From: Bacteroidota bacterium
Lineage (GTDB): Bacteria > Bacteroidota > Bacteroidia > UKL13-3
DNA: 64,000 bases
Direction of reading: 5' to 3'
NCBI GenBank assembly: GCA_030680835.1
Contig: JAUXUD010000014.1
Location: 18,965 to 82,964, forward strand
The translations under genes and the position numbers were made by a program. The notes under the pieces are model-generated. The model saw nothing but the letters and a program-made list of their open reading frames with translations. It was not told the DNA's origin and did not search any database. Below, one piece after another: positions 9,665-19,670 of this stretch. Position 1 is the first letter of the stretch. Every line of letters starts with the position of its first letter.

Positions 9665-10957
9665 ATGATCGCAATAAAAGTTGAAAATCTTACCAAAGCA
9701 TATCAGATAGGCCAGTTCACTACCGGCACCTTGTCACGCGATATTGAGCGCTGGTGGGCATTGGCTCGTGGCAAGGAGGATCCGTTCCTGACAATCGGGG
9801 AAACCAATGACCGCTCTAAAAAAGGGAAAAGTGATATCGTCTGGAGCCTGAAAGATCTTAATTTTGAAATCGAACACGGCGAAGCCATTGGCATAATAGG
9901 CAAGAATGGTGCAGGAAAAAGCACCTTGTTGAAAATCTTAAGTCAGGTAACCATGCCAACCGCCGGTACAGTTAAATTGAAAGGCAGGGTAGCGAGTTTA
10001 TTGGAGGTAGGCACCGGCTTTCATCCGGAACTTACGGGCAGGGAAAATATATTCCTGAACGGTGCCATTATGGGGATGCGCAAAAGTGAAATCAAACTCA
10101 AGTTCGATGAAATCGTAGATTTTTCAGGAGTGGATAGGTATATTGATACTCCTGTTAAGAGATATTCATCAGGTATGTATGTAAGGCTCGCCTTTGCTGT
10201 TGCCGCTTATTTAGAAAGTGAAATACTCGTAGTTGATGAAGTACTTGCAGTGGGGGATTATGAATTTCAAAAGAAATGTCTGAGTAAAATGGGGGATTTG
10301 TCCAAAGGAGAGGGCAGAACAATTTTGTTCGTAAGTCATAACTTGCAGAGTATATCCAGTCTCTGTACAAAAGCTATCGTGCTTGTAAATGGTGAAATAA
10401 AATGCAATACCAATGTAACCGAAGCTATCGATTTTTATCAGAAAAGTATTATAAGCGGTAACAATACAATTGAACAAAGCAGAATTGGTGGCAGTGGTCA
10501 GGTCAGAATACAATCAATCAAGATTAAAGACAATCAGGGTATTATTTATTATAATCAGGAAATATGCTTCGAGTTTGAGCTTATTTCAAATTCAAATGAA
10601 ACTATTAATAATATATCATTATGGTTTGGTTTCTCTGATCTGAAAAATAATACAGTAATAAATTCATTCAGTAAAGAAAAAGTTGAAATACTCCCCTTTG
10701 CGACAGCTATATTATTTGTGACATTACCTCCTAACAGGAATTTGATGCCAGGCGAGTATCAGGTAGGATTTAACCTGGCAAAAAATGTTTCAGGTGTTAA
10801 TTACGAGCCACTGGATATGGTTGTTGGTTATCCTGTGTTTAGAGTAATTATTGGTCAGGATACCGGCGATAATCCTGTATCAATGGTTTCTTATTGGCCA
10901 CAAGGTTGGGGCTCGATTGCATACGAAAACAATATTAGAATTGAAAATAAATTATGA
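9665..10957 (+). CDS. wzt: ABC transporter ATP-binding protein Wzt with a C-terminal extension (a putative polysaccharide-terminus binding domain)
   Basis: Walker A GKNGAGKST, signature YSSGM, Walker B ILVVDE. About 180 extra C-terminal residues follow the NBD. Confidence 0.85.
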   Translation: MIAIKVENLTKAYQIGQFTTGTLSRDIERWWALARGKEDPFLTIGETNDRSKKGKSDIVWSLKDLNFEIEHGEAIGIIGKNGAGKSTLLKILSQVTMPTAGTVKLKGRVASLLEVGTGFHPELTGRENIFLNGAIMGMRKSEIKLKFDEIVDFSGVDRYIDTPVKRYSSGMYVRLAFAVAAYLESEILVVDEVLAVGDYEFQKKCLSKMGDLSKGEGRTILFVSHNLQSISSLCTKAIVLVNGEIKCNTNVTEAIDFYQKSIISGNNTIEQSRIGGSGQVRIQSIKIKDNQGIIYYNQEICFEFELISNSNETINNISLWFGFSDLKNNTVINSFSKEKVEILPFATAILFVTLPPNRNLMPGEYQVGFNLAKNVSGVNYEPLDMVVGYPVFRVIIGQDTGDNPVSMVSYWPQGWGSIAYENNIRIENKL

Positions 10958-11730
10958 AAGTAGTAATACTTGCAGGAGGACTCGGAACCCGTATTTCAGA
11001 AGAATCCCATCTAAAACCAAAACCCATGGTTGAAATTGGCGATAAGCCAATACTTTGGCATATCATGAAAAATTTTTCAAGCCAGGGTTTTAACGATTTT
11101 ATTATTTGCCTTGGTTATAAAGGCTATATTATAAAAGAATATTTTTCCAATTATTTTTTGCATAATTCAGACATTACAATTGAAGTAAAAGATAACAATA
11201 TTAAAGTACATAATTCGAATGCAGAAGACTTTATAGTAACTTTAGTTGAAACAGGTTTACACACAAAAACCGCCGGACGCTTAAAAAGAATTCAAACGTA
11301 CGTCAAGGATGAAGAGTTTATACTAACCTATGGTGATGGCGTTTGCGATATTGACCTTCAAAAATTAATCAATTTCCACAAGGGGCATAGCCAGGTGGCT
11401 ACTGTCACAGCTATTCAGCCTGTTGGAAGGTATGGCGTGATGCAAATAAATTCCGATAATTCAGTTGGGGTTTTCATGGAAAAAATGAAGGGAGATGAAG
11501 GTTGGATAAATGGCGGTTATTTTATTTTACGGCCTCAGGTTTTTGACTATTTGCCGCCGGATGCCGACAATGTGATGTGGGAAGAGTCCCCGATGCAGAA
11601 GTTAGCAAAAAATAATCAATTAATGGCTTACCAGCATGAAGGATTTTGGAAATGTATGGATGCTATTCGCGATAAGATTGAGCTTGAAGAAATCTGGAAT
11701 TCAGGAAATGCTAAATGGAAAATCTGGTAA
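10954..11730 (+). CDS. rfbF: glucose-1-phosphate cytidylyltransferase (RfbF/DdhA)
   Basis: The N-terminus is MKVVILAGGLGTRISEES...KPMVEIG. The length (258 aa) is typical. Confidence 0.85.
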   Translation: MKVVILAGGLGTRISEESHLKPKPMVEIGDKPILWHIMKNFSSQGFNDFIICLGYKGYIIKEYFSNYFLHNSDITIEVKDNNIKVHNSNAEDFIVTLVETGLHTKTAGRLKRIQTYVKDEEFILTYGDGVCDIDLQKLINFHKGHSQVATVTAIQPVGRYGVMQINSDNSVGVFMEKMKGDEGWINGGYFILRPQVFDYLPPDADNVMWEESPMQKLAKNNQLMAYQHEGFWKCMDAIRDKIELEEIWNSGNAKWKIW

Positions 11731-11746
11731 AAAAAATAAAAAATAT

Positions 11747-12760
11747 ATGAGAGTATTTGTAACGGGTCATCAGGGATTTATAGGCCCACATTTAATTGAA
11801 ATATTAAAGTCCAAAGGGCATTTTGTAACCGGATGCGATATTAATTTATTTGGCGATTGCAAAATTTCTGAAGTTGTTAAACCTGATATTGAACTTGAAA
11901 AAGACATAAGGAATGTAACAGTTGAAGATTTATATGGCTATGATTGTGTTATGCACCTCGCTGCCATTTCGAACGATCCAATGGGAAATTTTGATCCTGA
12001 ATTAACATACAGCATCAATAAAGAAGGTTCAATAAATATAGGTGCACTGGCAAAAAAAGCCGGTGTAAAAAAGTTTTTATTTTCAAGTAGTTGTTCTATT
12101 TATGGAAAGGGTGAAAGTTTGGATTTAGATGAAAACGCTTCATTTAACCCACTTACCGCTTATGCCATTTCAAAAATAGAAACCGAGAAAGCGGTTAGTA
12201 ACATGGCAGATGAAAATTTCTGTCCGGTTTTTTTACGTAACTCGACCGCTTATGGTTATTCACCAATGTTTAGGATAGATTTAGTAGTAAATAATTTTTT
12301 AGCTTGTGCGGTTGCAAAAGGTGACATTAAAATTATGAGTGATGGTGAACCCTGGCGGCCTTTAGTGCACTGTAGGGATATTGCCAGGGCCTTTGTTGCC
12401 GTTGCAGAAGCTCCTACTGAAACCGTGTTTAACAAAGCCATTAATATTGGCGGAAACAAAGAGAATTACCAGGTAAAAGAAGTAGCTAAATTTGTACAGG
12501 ATTTAATGCCTGAAGCGAATATTGTTTTCACCGGGGAAGTCGGAAACGACCCAAGGGATTACCGTGTGAATTTTGATTTGTTATATAAACTTTTGCCCGG
12601 TTTTGAACTGGAATACACACTTAAAAAAGGAATGAGTGAGTTGTATGGGTATTTGAAAAAATCAAATTTTTCAGCTAAGGATTTTGATGGTGACAGATTT
12701 GTAAGAATGAAATTGTTGAAAAATAATCTTCATAAAATAACAACACCTGATGAAGTTTAA
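11747..12760 (+). CDS. NAD-dependent epimerase/dehydratase (extended SDR) in the CDP-sugar module
   Basis: N-terminus MRVFVTGHQGFIGPHL and the catalytic YAISK (YxxxK). The start is set at the ATG at 11747. The track start at 11636 overlaps upstream. Confidence 0.7.
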   Translation: MRVFVTGHQGFIGPHLIEILKSKGHFVTGCDINLFGDCKISEVVKPDIELEKDIRNVTVEDLYGYDCVMHLAAISNDPMGNFDPELTYSINKEGSINIGALAKKAGVKKFLFSSSCSIYGKGESLDLDENASFNPLTAYAISKIETEKAVSNMADENFCPVFLRNSTAYGYSPMFRIDLVVNNFLACAVAKGDIKIMSDGEPWRPLVHCRDIARAFVAVAEAPTETVFNKAINIGGNKENYQVKEVAKFVQDLMPEANIVFTGEVGNDPRDYRVNFDLLYKLLPGFELEYTLKKGMSELYGYLKKSNFSAKDFDGDRFVRMKLLKNNLHKITTPDEV

Positions 12761-13295
12761 ACCAACGAATTTTGAAGGTTTAATTCTTGTAGAATCGGAG
12801 CCAAAAGGTGACGAAAGAGGATGGTTTGCAAGAACATTTTGCAAGGAAGAGTTTAAGCAAATAGGCCATACCGAGGAATGGTTGCAAACCAATCATTCTT
12901 ATACGCAACATAGCGGGACCATAAGAGGTATTCACTATCAACTTCCTCCATATCAGGAAATAAAGTTGGTTCGGTGTATTGCAGGTTCCGTATTCGATGT
13001 GGTGGTGGATATCAGGAAAAATTCATCCACCTTTTTACAGTGGTTTAGTATTGAACTTTCGGCAACCAATAAAAAAGCGATATATATACCCAAAGGCTTT
13101 GCACATGGTTTTCAAACCCTAAGCAATGATTGTGAACTTATTTATTATCATACACAATTTTATACGCCAAACAGCGAAGCTGCGATAAGGTATAACGATG
13201 AAATGATAAATATAAAATGGCCCTTACTTGTGACCGATATGTCGGATAAAGATAAAAGCCATCCACTACTCACAAAAGATTATAAAGGAATATAA
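12750..13295 (+). CDS. RmlC-like cupin NDP-4-keto-6-deoxyhexose 3,5-epimerase family
   Basis: 181 aa. ERGWFARTF...IRGIHYQ is typical of the dTDP-4-dehydrorhamnose 3,5-epimerase fold. Confidence 0.65.
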   Translation: MKFKPTNFEGLILVESEPKGDERGWFARTFCKEEFKQIGHTEEWLQTNHSYTQHSGTIRGIHYQLPPYQEIKLVRCIAGSVFDVVVDIRKNSSTFLQWFSIELSATNKKAIYIPKGFAHGFQTLSNDCELIYYHTQFYTPNSEAAIRYNDEMINIKWPLLVTDMSDKDKSHPLLTKDYKGI

Positions 13296-13297
13296 TT

Positions 13298-15634
13298 ATG
13301 CAATGCAGATTTTGTAAAACTGAATTAGTACATGAGTTTATTGACCTGGTTAATTGTCCTGCAAGCAATAGCTTTCTTACCATAGAACAACTTAGCGAAC
13401 CTGAAGTTTTTTACCCCTTAAAAGTTTATACTTGTCACAAATGTTTTTTGGTGCAGGTAGATGAGTACAAAAAATCGGATGCTATTTTTAGCAGCGATTA
13501 CGTTTATTTTTCTTCATTCTCTACTACCTGGCTGCAACACAGCAAAGCTTACGTTGAAAAAATGATTCAACGTTTTGACTTTGATCAAAATTCATTCGTG
13601 ATGGAGATCGCCAGTAATGACGGATATTTGCTGCAATATTTTAAAGAAAAAGGAGTGCCAGTTTTAGGGATTGAACCAACTATAAATACTGCTAACGCTG
13701 CCAGGGAAAAAGGTATTGAAAGTGTAAATGAATTTTTCGGAACAGCGCTAGCAACCAGCTTAGCCCAACAAAAAAAGCCGGATCTTTTATTGGGAAATAA
13801 TGTCCTCGCTCATGTGCCGGATATTGTAGATTTTGTTGCCGGAATGAAAATTGTATTGGCTGATAAAGGTGTGATAACTATGGAGTTCCCGCACCTATTG
13901 CAATTGGTTGACAATAACCAGTTCGACACCATTTATCACGAGCATTTTTCTTACTTATCTTTCTTCACGGTAAAACAGATTTTTGAATCCCGCGGACTTG
14001 AAATGTTTGATGTGGAAGAGATTCCCACACATGGTGGTTCTCTTCGTATTTATGCCAAACATAAAGGTGATTCATCCAAACCCATATCTGCAAATGTTCA
14101 ACAATTAATCAATAAGGAAATAAGTTCCGGTATTAATAATATCGAATATTATAACGGTTTCTTTAAAAGGGCTCAAACTGTTAAAATAGATTTATTGAAT
14201 TTTTTGATTAAACAGAAAAACGAAGGGAAAACTGTCGCTGCATATGGAGCTGCTGCCAAAGGTAACACGCTGTTGAACTTTTGTGGAATTAAAAATGATT
14301 TGATCAGTTTTGTTGTGGATGCGAATCCTGCCAAACAAAACAAATTCTTACCCGGTAGCCATATTCCGGTGATGAATGAGGCATACTTGAAGAATACAAA
14401 ACCTGCTTATGTTATCATCTTTCCCTGGAATCTTAAGGAAGAGATCGTGAAACAATTAGATTATATTAATGAATGGGAAGGGAAATTTGTCATACCCATT
14501 CCGAAATTAGAAATTATGAACACCGCAGTACAACAAAGGATCCCAATTTCAAAACCTTCTATTACCCAGTTAGAAATTAATTATGTGAATGATGCCATAA
14601 CTAATGGATGGGGATCCCATTGTTATGATTATATCATTCGTTTTCAAAAATTATTCGCATCCTATTTGAAATCGGATTATGCCTTGGCTACTTCAAGTTG
14701 TACCGGGGCCATACATCTTGCTTTTCTTTCTATCGGGTTACAACCCGGAGACGAAGTGATATGTCCTGATATCACCTGGATAGCCTCAGTAGCCCCTATC
14801 ACTTATATCGGAGCAAAACCGGTATTTGTTGACGTTAAAAAAGACACCTGGTGTATTGATCCTGAAAAAATTGAACAGGCAATTACCTCCAGAACAAAAG
14901 CCATCATGCCTGTGCACCTATACGGAAATGTATGTGAAATGGATGAGATCATGGCAATTGCAAAAAAATATAATTTGTTTGTCATCGAAGACGCTGCGGA
15001 GGCTTTGGGCTCTGAATATAAGGGAAAGAAAGTTGGCAGCATCGGAGACTTTGGCGCATTTTCTTTTCACGGCACAAAAACGATGACTACAAGTGAAGGC
15101 GGGATGCTGGTGACAAACAATAAAACTTTGTTTGATGAAGCATTAATTTACAATGATCATGGCAGAGACCATCGGAATCCCAAAACATTCTGGATGGAGC
15201 GGATTGGCTATAAATATAAAATCTCAAACTTACAGGCTGCCTTAGGTTGTGCACAGGTTGAACGGCTTGAAGATTTAGTGAATAAAAAAAGGGAAATATT
15301 TAATAGCTACAAAACACTTTTAAATGGTTTGCCCGGTTTGAGCATGAATGCAGAACAGGAATATGTAAAAAACAGTTACTGGATGCCAACAATCATATTT
15401 GACGAACCGGTAAATTTTAACAGGGAAAATTTATTTGCACAAATGAAAGAACACAATATTGACAGCAGGCCTTTCTTTTACCCCTTATCCTTTCTGCCTA
15501 TGTTTGAAACAAAAAAAGAAAACACCGTGTCATATGGTATTTATGATAGAGGAATTAATCTTCCAAGCTATTATGACATTACTCAAAAAGAAATTGAAAA
15601 AGTGGTTAATGTTATTAAAAGTAAAGTAAAGTGA
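13298..15634 (+). CDS. bifunctional fusion protein: NDP-hexose C-methyltransferase (TylCIII/EvaC family) fused to a DegT/DnrJ/EryC1 PLP aminotransferase
   Basis: The N-terminus CRFCKTELVHEFIDLVNCPASNSF is the zinc-ribbon start of sugar C-methyltransferases. A SAM-methyltransferase core follows (about 410 aa). The C-terminal ~370 aa has the DegT PLP-lysine motif (FSFHGTKTMT). It is one uninterrupted 778-aa ORF. Confidence 0.7.
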   Translation: MQCRFCKTELVHEFIDLVNCPASNSFLTIEQLSEPEVFYPLKVYTCHKCFLVQVDEYKKSDAIFSSDYVYFSSFSTTWLQHSKAYVEKMIQRFDFDQNSFVMEIASNDGYLLQYFKEKGVPVLGIEPTINTANAAREKGIESVNEFFGTALATSLAQQKKPDLLLGNNVLAHVPDIVDFVAGMKIVLADKGVITMEFPHLLQLVDNNQFDTIYHEHFSYLSFFTVKQIFESRGLEMFDVEEIPTHGGSLRIYAKHKGDSSKPISANVQQLINKEISSGINNIEYYNGFFKRAQTVKIDLLNFLIKQKNEGKTVAAYGAAAKGNTLLNFCGIKNDLISFVVDANPAKQNKFLPGSHIPVMNEAYLKNTKPAYVIIFPWNLKEEIVKQLDYINEWEGKFVIPIPKLEIMNTAVQQRIPISKPSITQLEINYVNDAITNGWGSHCYDYIIRFQKLFASYLKSDYALATSSCTGAIHLAFLSIGLQPGDEVICPDITWIASVAPITYIGAKPVFVDVKKDTWCIDPEKIEQAITSRTKAIMPVHLYGNVCEMDEIMAIAKKYNLFVIEDAAEALGSEYKGKKVGSIGDFGAFSFHGTKTMTTSEGGMLVTNNKTLFDEALIYNDHGRDHRNPKTFWMERIGYKYKISNLQAALGCAQVERLEDLVNKKREIFNSYKTLLNGLPGLSMNAEQEYVKNSYWMPTIIFDEPVNFNRENLFAQMKEHNIDSRPFFYPLSFLPMFETKKENTVSYGIYDRGINLPSYYDITQKEIEKVVNVIKSKVK

Positions 15635-15662
15635 GAATTTTAGGCTTATTTCTGTAATCAGC

Positions 15663-16304
15663 ATGCAAAATCATACCCTTATCAATAAAATCAAGTCTCA
15701 AAATATCGTTTATGATGTAATTCGAGATGACCAAACTGTTATCTCGCAACTATTACCAGTTAATTATAAAATAATCAACGATGACTTTTTAATTAACCAG
15801 CTTACAAAGTGGCGTAATGAATCAATGCGTTTTTTTAAATCCCAGTTTAAATCTACATCAGAAGGCACTAAAACCTGGCTCACAGAAAAAATAGTACCAG
15901 CTAACGATAGAATATTATTTTTAGTGTCCAGTAAAGGAAAGGTAGTTGGACATTTTGGATTATGTAATATAACAGATATTTCAGCAGAATTAGATAATGC
16001 AATACGTGGTGAAATTGGAGGGCCATCAGATTTATTTGCCTTTGTTGAAAAAACTTTATTGAATATATCGTTTACTGAATTAAACGTTGAACAGGTGGTT
16101 GCTAAGGTGTTTTCTAATAATATTTTTGCTTTGCAATTGCATAAGAATCTTGGTTTTCAAGAAAAAAACCGAGTACCACTAAAATTAATAATATCTGAAA
16201 ACAAAAAGGTTTATGAAGAATGTTTAAGAAAAGACGCTAATGTAAATTTTGATTATGCAGAATTAGTTATTAGCAAGTCTGATTATATGGAAATACATAA
16301 GTGA
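15663..16304 (+). CDS. GNAT-family N-acyltransferase (a putative amino-sugar N-acylase)
   Basis: GNAT core pattern (VVGHFGL...LHKNLGF). It is adjacent to the ACP, SDR and ligase genes. Confidence 0.5.
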   Translation: MQNHTLINKIKSQNIVYDVIRDDQTVISQLLPVNYKIINDDFLINQLTKWRNESMRFFKSQFKSTSEGTKTWLTEKIVPANDRILFLVSSKGKVVGHFGLCNITDISAELDNAIRGEIGGPSDLFAFVEKTLLNISFTELNVEQVVAKVFSNNIFALQLHKNLGFQEKNRVPLKLIISENKKVYEECLRKDANVNFDYAELVISKSDYMEIHK

Positions 16305-16354
16305 GCAACTTATTAATAATGAGTGAAACTAATAGTCCATAAAATTTAATTTAG

Positions 16355-16699
16355 ATGAGTAGAAGACCTAAATTTATAAATAAAATGTTACAAAGAGAAA
16401 AAATAAAAGAAATAGTATTAAATACTATCAAGGAGTTTCAAGTTGAACTTGATGATGATAATTTTAATCTCAATGAAGGTGAAACAACACGCTTATTTGG
16501 AGGTGGAGCTTCGCTTGATTCTTTAAGCCTGGTAAGGTTGATTATACAAATTGAAGAAGCTATTGAAGAACATTTAAATATTTCAATTGTATTGGCAAGC
16601 GAACAAGCGATGTCTAGAAGGACTAGTCCTTTTTCACGAATTTCATATCTTATTGACTATATTTATGAGTTAGTTAATACTCAACAAAATGGAAAGTAA
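16355..16699 (+). CDS. acyl carrier protein-like
   Basis: GGGASLDSLSLVRL contains the DSL phosphopantetheine attachment motif. Confidence 0.6.
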   Translation: MSRRPKFINKMLQREKIKEIVLNTIKEFQVELDDDNFNLNEGETTRLFGGGASLDSLSLVRLIIQIEEAIEEHLNISIVLASEQAMSRRTSPFSRISYLIDYIYELVNTQQNGK

Positions 16700-17396
16700 T
16701 AAGGTAATTTTAATCACCGGGAGTCGTAAAGGAATAGGAAGAGGTCTTGCAGAATATTATTTAGAAAAAAAATATTTCGTTGTTGGCTGTAGTAGGCTTG
16801 CATCTGATTTATCTCATTCTAATTATCTTCATTTTACGCTTGATATTTCTGATGAACTTGCAGTAAAAAAGATGATGATATCTGTCAAAGACAAATTTGG
16901 AAAACTTGATATTTTAATTAATAATGCAGGAATTGCATCAATGAATCATGTATTACTTACACCTCTTTCAACAGTTATTAAGTTATTTGAAACTAATTTC
17001 TTAGGGACTTTTTTATGTAGCAGAGAAGCAGTAAAATTGATGCAAAAAAAGAAATTTGGCAGAATAGTCAATCTAACCAGTATAGCTGTCCCATTACAAT
17101 TGGAGGGTGAAGCTATTTATGCTTCATCAAAATCTGCAGTTGAGCAACTGACTAAAAATATGGCTAAAGAATTAGGAGTTTTTGGTATAACAATGAACGC
17201 AATTGGCCCAACACCTATTGAAACTGACTTAATTAAAGCCGTTCCAAAAAATAAGATTGAAGATTTATTAGATAAACAAACTATTAAAAGATATGGAAAC
17301 CTAAATGATATTATCAACATCGTAGAATTCTTTATTTCGCCAAATAGTTCATTTATCACCGGCCAAATTCTTTATCTTGGAGGAATTGTAAAATAA
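16689..17396 (+). CDS. SDR-family oxidoreductase (3-oxoacyl-ACP reductase FabG-like)
   Basis: TGSRKGIGRG (TGxxxGxG) and YASSKSAVEQL (YxxxK). Confidence 0.8.
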   Translation: MESNKVILITGSRKGIGRGLAEYYLEKKYFVVGCSRLASDLSHSNYLHFTLDISDELAVKKMMISVKDKFGKLDILINNAGIASMNHVLLTPLSTVIKLFETNFLGTFLCSREAVKLMQKKKFGRIVNLTSIAVPLQLEGEAIYASSKSAVEQLTKNMAKELGVFGITMNAIGPTPIETDLIKAVPKNKIEDLLDKQTIKRYGNLNDIINIVEFFISPNSSFITGQILYLGGIVK

Positions 17397-17403
17397 ACAA
17401 ACT

Positions 17404-18765
17404 ATGTTTAATAATTTATTTGTAAATAAAATATTCTCATTTACCGACAATGTTGCAGTAATCATAAATGATATTTCATTTACATATGTTCATTTAAATG
17501 AATCAGTAAAAAAAGCTTGTAAATTTCTTATTGAGCAGAAAATTATTCCTGGAAAATCAGTGGTAATTAAAGCCGATTATAATTTTGAAAGTATCTCTCT
17601 TTTTTTAGCATTAATTGAAAATAGAAATATTATTATACCAATTACAACAAAAAACACTGTAGAATTTAATGATAGACTAAATGAAGCTAATTGTGATTTT
17701 ATTATTACCATTGTTAATGGAGAATTTGAAACCGAAATAATAAATAAAGACCAAGCAAACACTTCTCATTATCTTATTTCTGAAATAGTAGAAAAAGATG
17801 TATCTGGACTCATATTATTCAGTAGCGGAAGCACAGGTCGACCAAAAGCCATGATTCACAATCTGGATAATATCACCTCTACCTTCATGGATAAAAGAGG
17901 CAAACCTTTGATTTTTTTAGTTTTTCTAAGTTTCGATCATATAGGTGGTTTAAATACACTATTTAATTGTTTGGCCATGGGTGCAACCATTGTGATTCCT
18001 AATGAGCGTAAACCTGAAATAATATGCAATTTAATTCAAAAATATAAGATTTCCATTTTGCCATCAAGTCCAACTTTTTTGAATTTGTTGTTAATCAGTA
18101 AAGCTCATGAACACTACGATTTATCTAGCTTAAAAATGATTACCTATGGAACAGAGCCAATGCCAGAAAGTTTATTATTAAAATTAAGAACAGAATTACC
18201 TCATGTAAGATTTATGCAAACCTTTGGAACAAGCGAAACCGGAATAGTAAAAACACAAAGTAAGTCATCAAGTAGTTTATTTTTAAAATTTGAAGATCCT
18301 AACCAAGAACATAAAATTGTTGATGGAGAATTATGGTTAAGAAGCAAAACACAAATTTTAGGTTACTTAAATCATTCAAATGAAAGCTTTACTAAAGATG
18401 GATGGTTTAAAACTGGTGACATTGTAGAAGTGTTGGAAGATGGTTACTTAAAAATTATCGGAAGATCTAAAGAAATAATTAATATAGGAGGAGAAAAAGT
18501 ACTTCCCATGGAAGTAGAAAACCTTATTTTGCAAATAGACGGAGTCAACGATTGTGTTGTTTTCGGACAGCAAAATGCAATCATGGGCCAAATAGTTACT
18601 GCAAATATTAGCATAAACGAAAAATCTGATCCTGTTCAGATTAAGAAGGAAGTAATAAAACTTTGTAAGGAAAAACTTGATAATTATAAAATTCCTTCAA
18701 AGGTTAATATTGTTTCAATGATTGATTTTAATGACCGATTTAAAAAAGACAGAAAACTTCAATAA
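17404..18765 (+). CDS. AMP-dependent synthetase/ligase (acyl-ACP/acyl-CoA ligase-like)
   Basis: AMP-binding motif LFSSGSTGRPKA and a downstream GTSETG-like motif (FGTSETGI). Confidence 0.8.
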   Translation: MFNNLFVNKIFSFTDNVAVIINDISFTYVHLNESVKKACKFLIEQKIIPGKSVVIKADYNFESISLFLALIENRNIIIPITTKNTVEFNDRLNEANCDFIITIVNGEFETEIINKDQANTSHYLISEIVEKDVSGLILFSSGSTGRPKAMIHNLDNITSTFMDKRGKPLIFLVFLSFDHIGGLNTLFNCLAMGATIVIPNERKPEIICNLIQKYKISILPSSPTFLNLLLISKAHEHYDLSSLKMITYGTEPMPESLLLKLRTELPHVRFMQTFGTSETGIVKTQSKSSSSLFLKFEDPNQEHKIVDGELWLRSKTQILGYLNHSNESFTKDGWFKTGDIVEVLEDGYLKIIGRSKEIINIGGEKVLPMEVENLILQIDGVNDCVVFGQQNAIMGQIVTANISINEKSDPVQIKKEVIKLCKEKLDNYKIPSKVNIVSMIDFNDRFKKDRKLQ

Positions 18766-18843
18766 AGCTTCAATTTTTAGTTATTATAAACCACTGCATT
18801 CAGCATTACATATTAAATCATTCAACAAATATAAAAATAAAAT

Positions 18844-19578
18844 ATGGATCCAATTAACCAATTTAACGAAGAAAAAAAACAAAATATTGAAGCGCTTGGA
18901 AAAAATGAGGATCTAAATCAGTTAGGCCTTGATTTTTTGATTGACACGGCTAAAGACAAGTATACTTACAATTTTACCTGGATGGGGCGACCCATTATTG
19001 CTTTTCCACAAGATATGGTTGCAATGCAGGAAATTATTTGGGATGTAAAACCGGAGTTAATAATTGAAACTGGAGTTGCCCACGGTGGATCTATTGTATA
19101 CTATGCGTCTTTGCTTGAGCTTTTGGGCAATAATGGCCTCGTGGTGGGTATAGACATTGATATACGCGCACATAACAGGAAATTAATTGAAGAGCACCCC
19201 ATGAGCAAAAGGATCAAATTGGTGGAAGGTTCTTCTATTAGTGAAAAAGTGTTTGATGAGGTTAAAAATATTGCTAAAGGCAGGAATAAAATAATGATCT
19301 GCCTTGATAGCAATCATACGCACGAACATGTTTTGGAGGAATTAAAACTTTATGCCCCGCTAACATCTGTTGGCAGTTATTGCGTGGTGTTTGATACCGT
19401 AGTTGAAGATATGCCGGATAGTCATTTTGAAAACCGTCCGTGGGGGCATGGCAATAATCCCAAAACTGCTGTTTGGGAATTTCTTAAAACACATGAAGAG
19501 TTTGAAATCGACAAGGGTATTCAAGACAAGCTGCTGATTACCGTCGCGCCGGATGGTTATTTGAAGAGGATTAGGTAA
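18844..19578 (+). CDS. CmcI/cephalosporin-hydroxylase-family class I methyltransferase (sugar O-methyltransferase-like)
   Basis: WMGRPIIAFPQDM...IIETGVAHGGS is typical of the CmcI/rhamnosyl O-methyltransferase family. Confidence 0.65.
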   Translation: MDPINQFNEEKKQNIEALGKNEDLNQLGLDFLIDTAKDKYTYNFTWMGRPIIAFPQDMVAMQEIIWDVKPELIIETGVAHGGSIVYYASLLELLGNNGLVVGIDIDIRAHNRKLIEEHPMSKRIKLVEGSSISEKVFDEVKNIAKGRNKIMICLDSNHTHEHVLEELKLYAPLTSVGSYCVVFDTVVEDMPDSHFENRPWGHGNNPKTAVWEFLKTHEEFEIDKGIQDKLLITVAPDGYLKRIR

Positions 19579-19670
19579 GAAAATGCAATAAACGCAGACA
19601 ATTACATGATTTATGTATAAGCCTAAAAAAAAATCTGAGATGTGTAACTTCCCTTAAAAATGTAAATGAA

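Noticed and set aside
10851-11033. 60-aa ORF overlapping the wzt end and rfbF start
   Set aside because: It lies in an alternative frame across a gene junction and has no motifs.
11636-11746. Track start of the epimerase/dehydratase ORF at 11636
   Set aside because: It overlaps the last 95 nt of rfbF in another frame. The ATG at 11747 gives the standard Rossmann N-terminus MRVFVTGHQGFIG.
18722-18916. 64-aa ORF spanning the ligase stop and methyltransferase start
   Set aside because: It is a Lys-rich translation of AT-rich intergenic DNA and is overlapped by supported genes.
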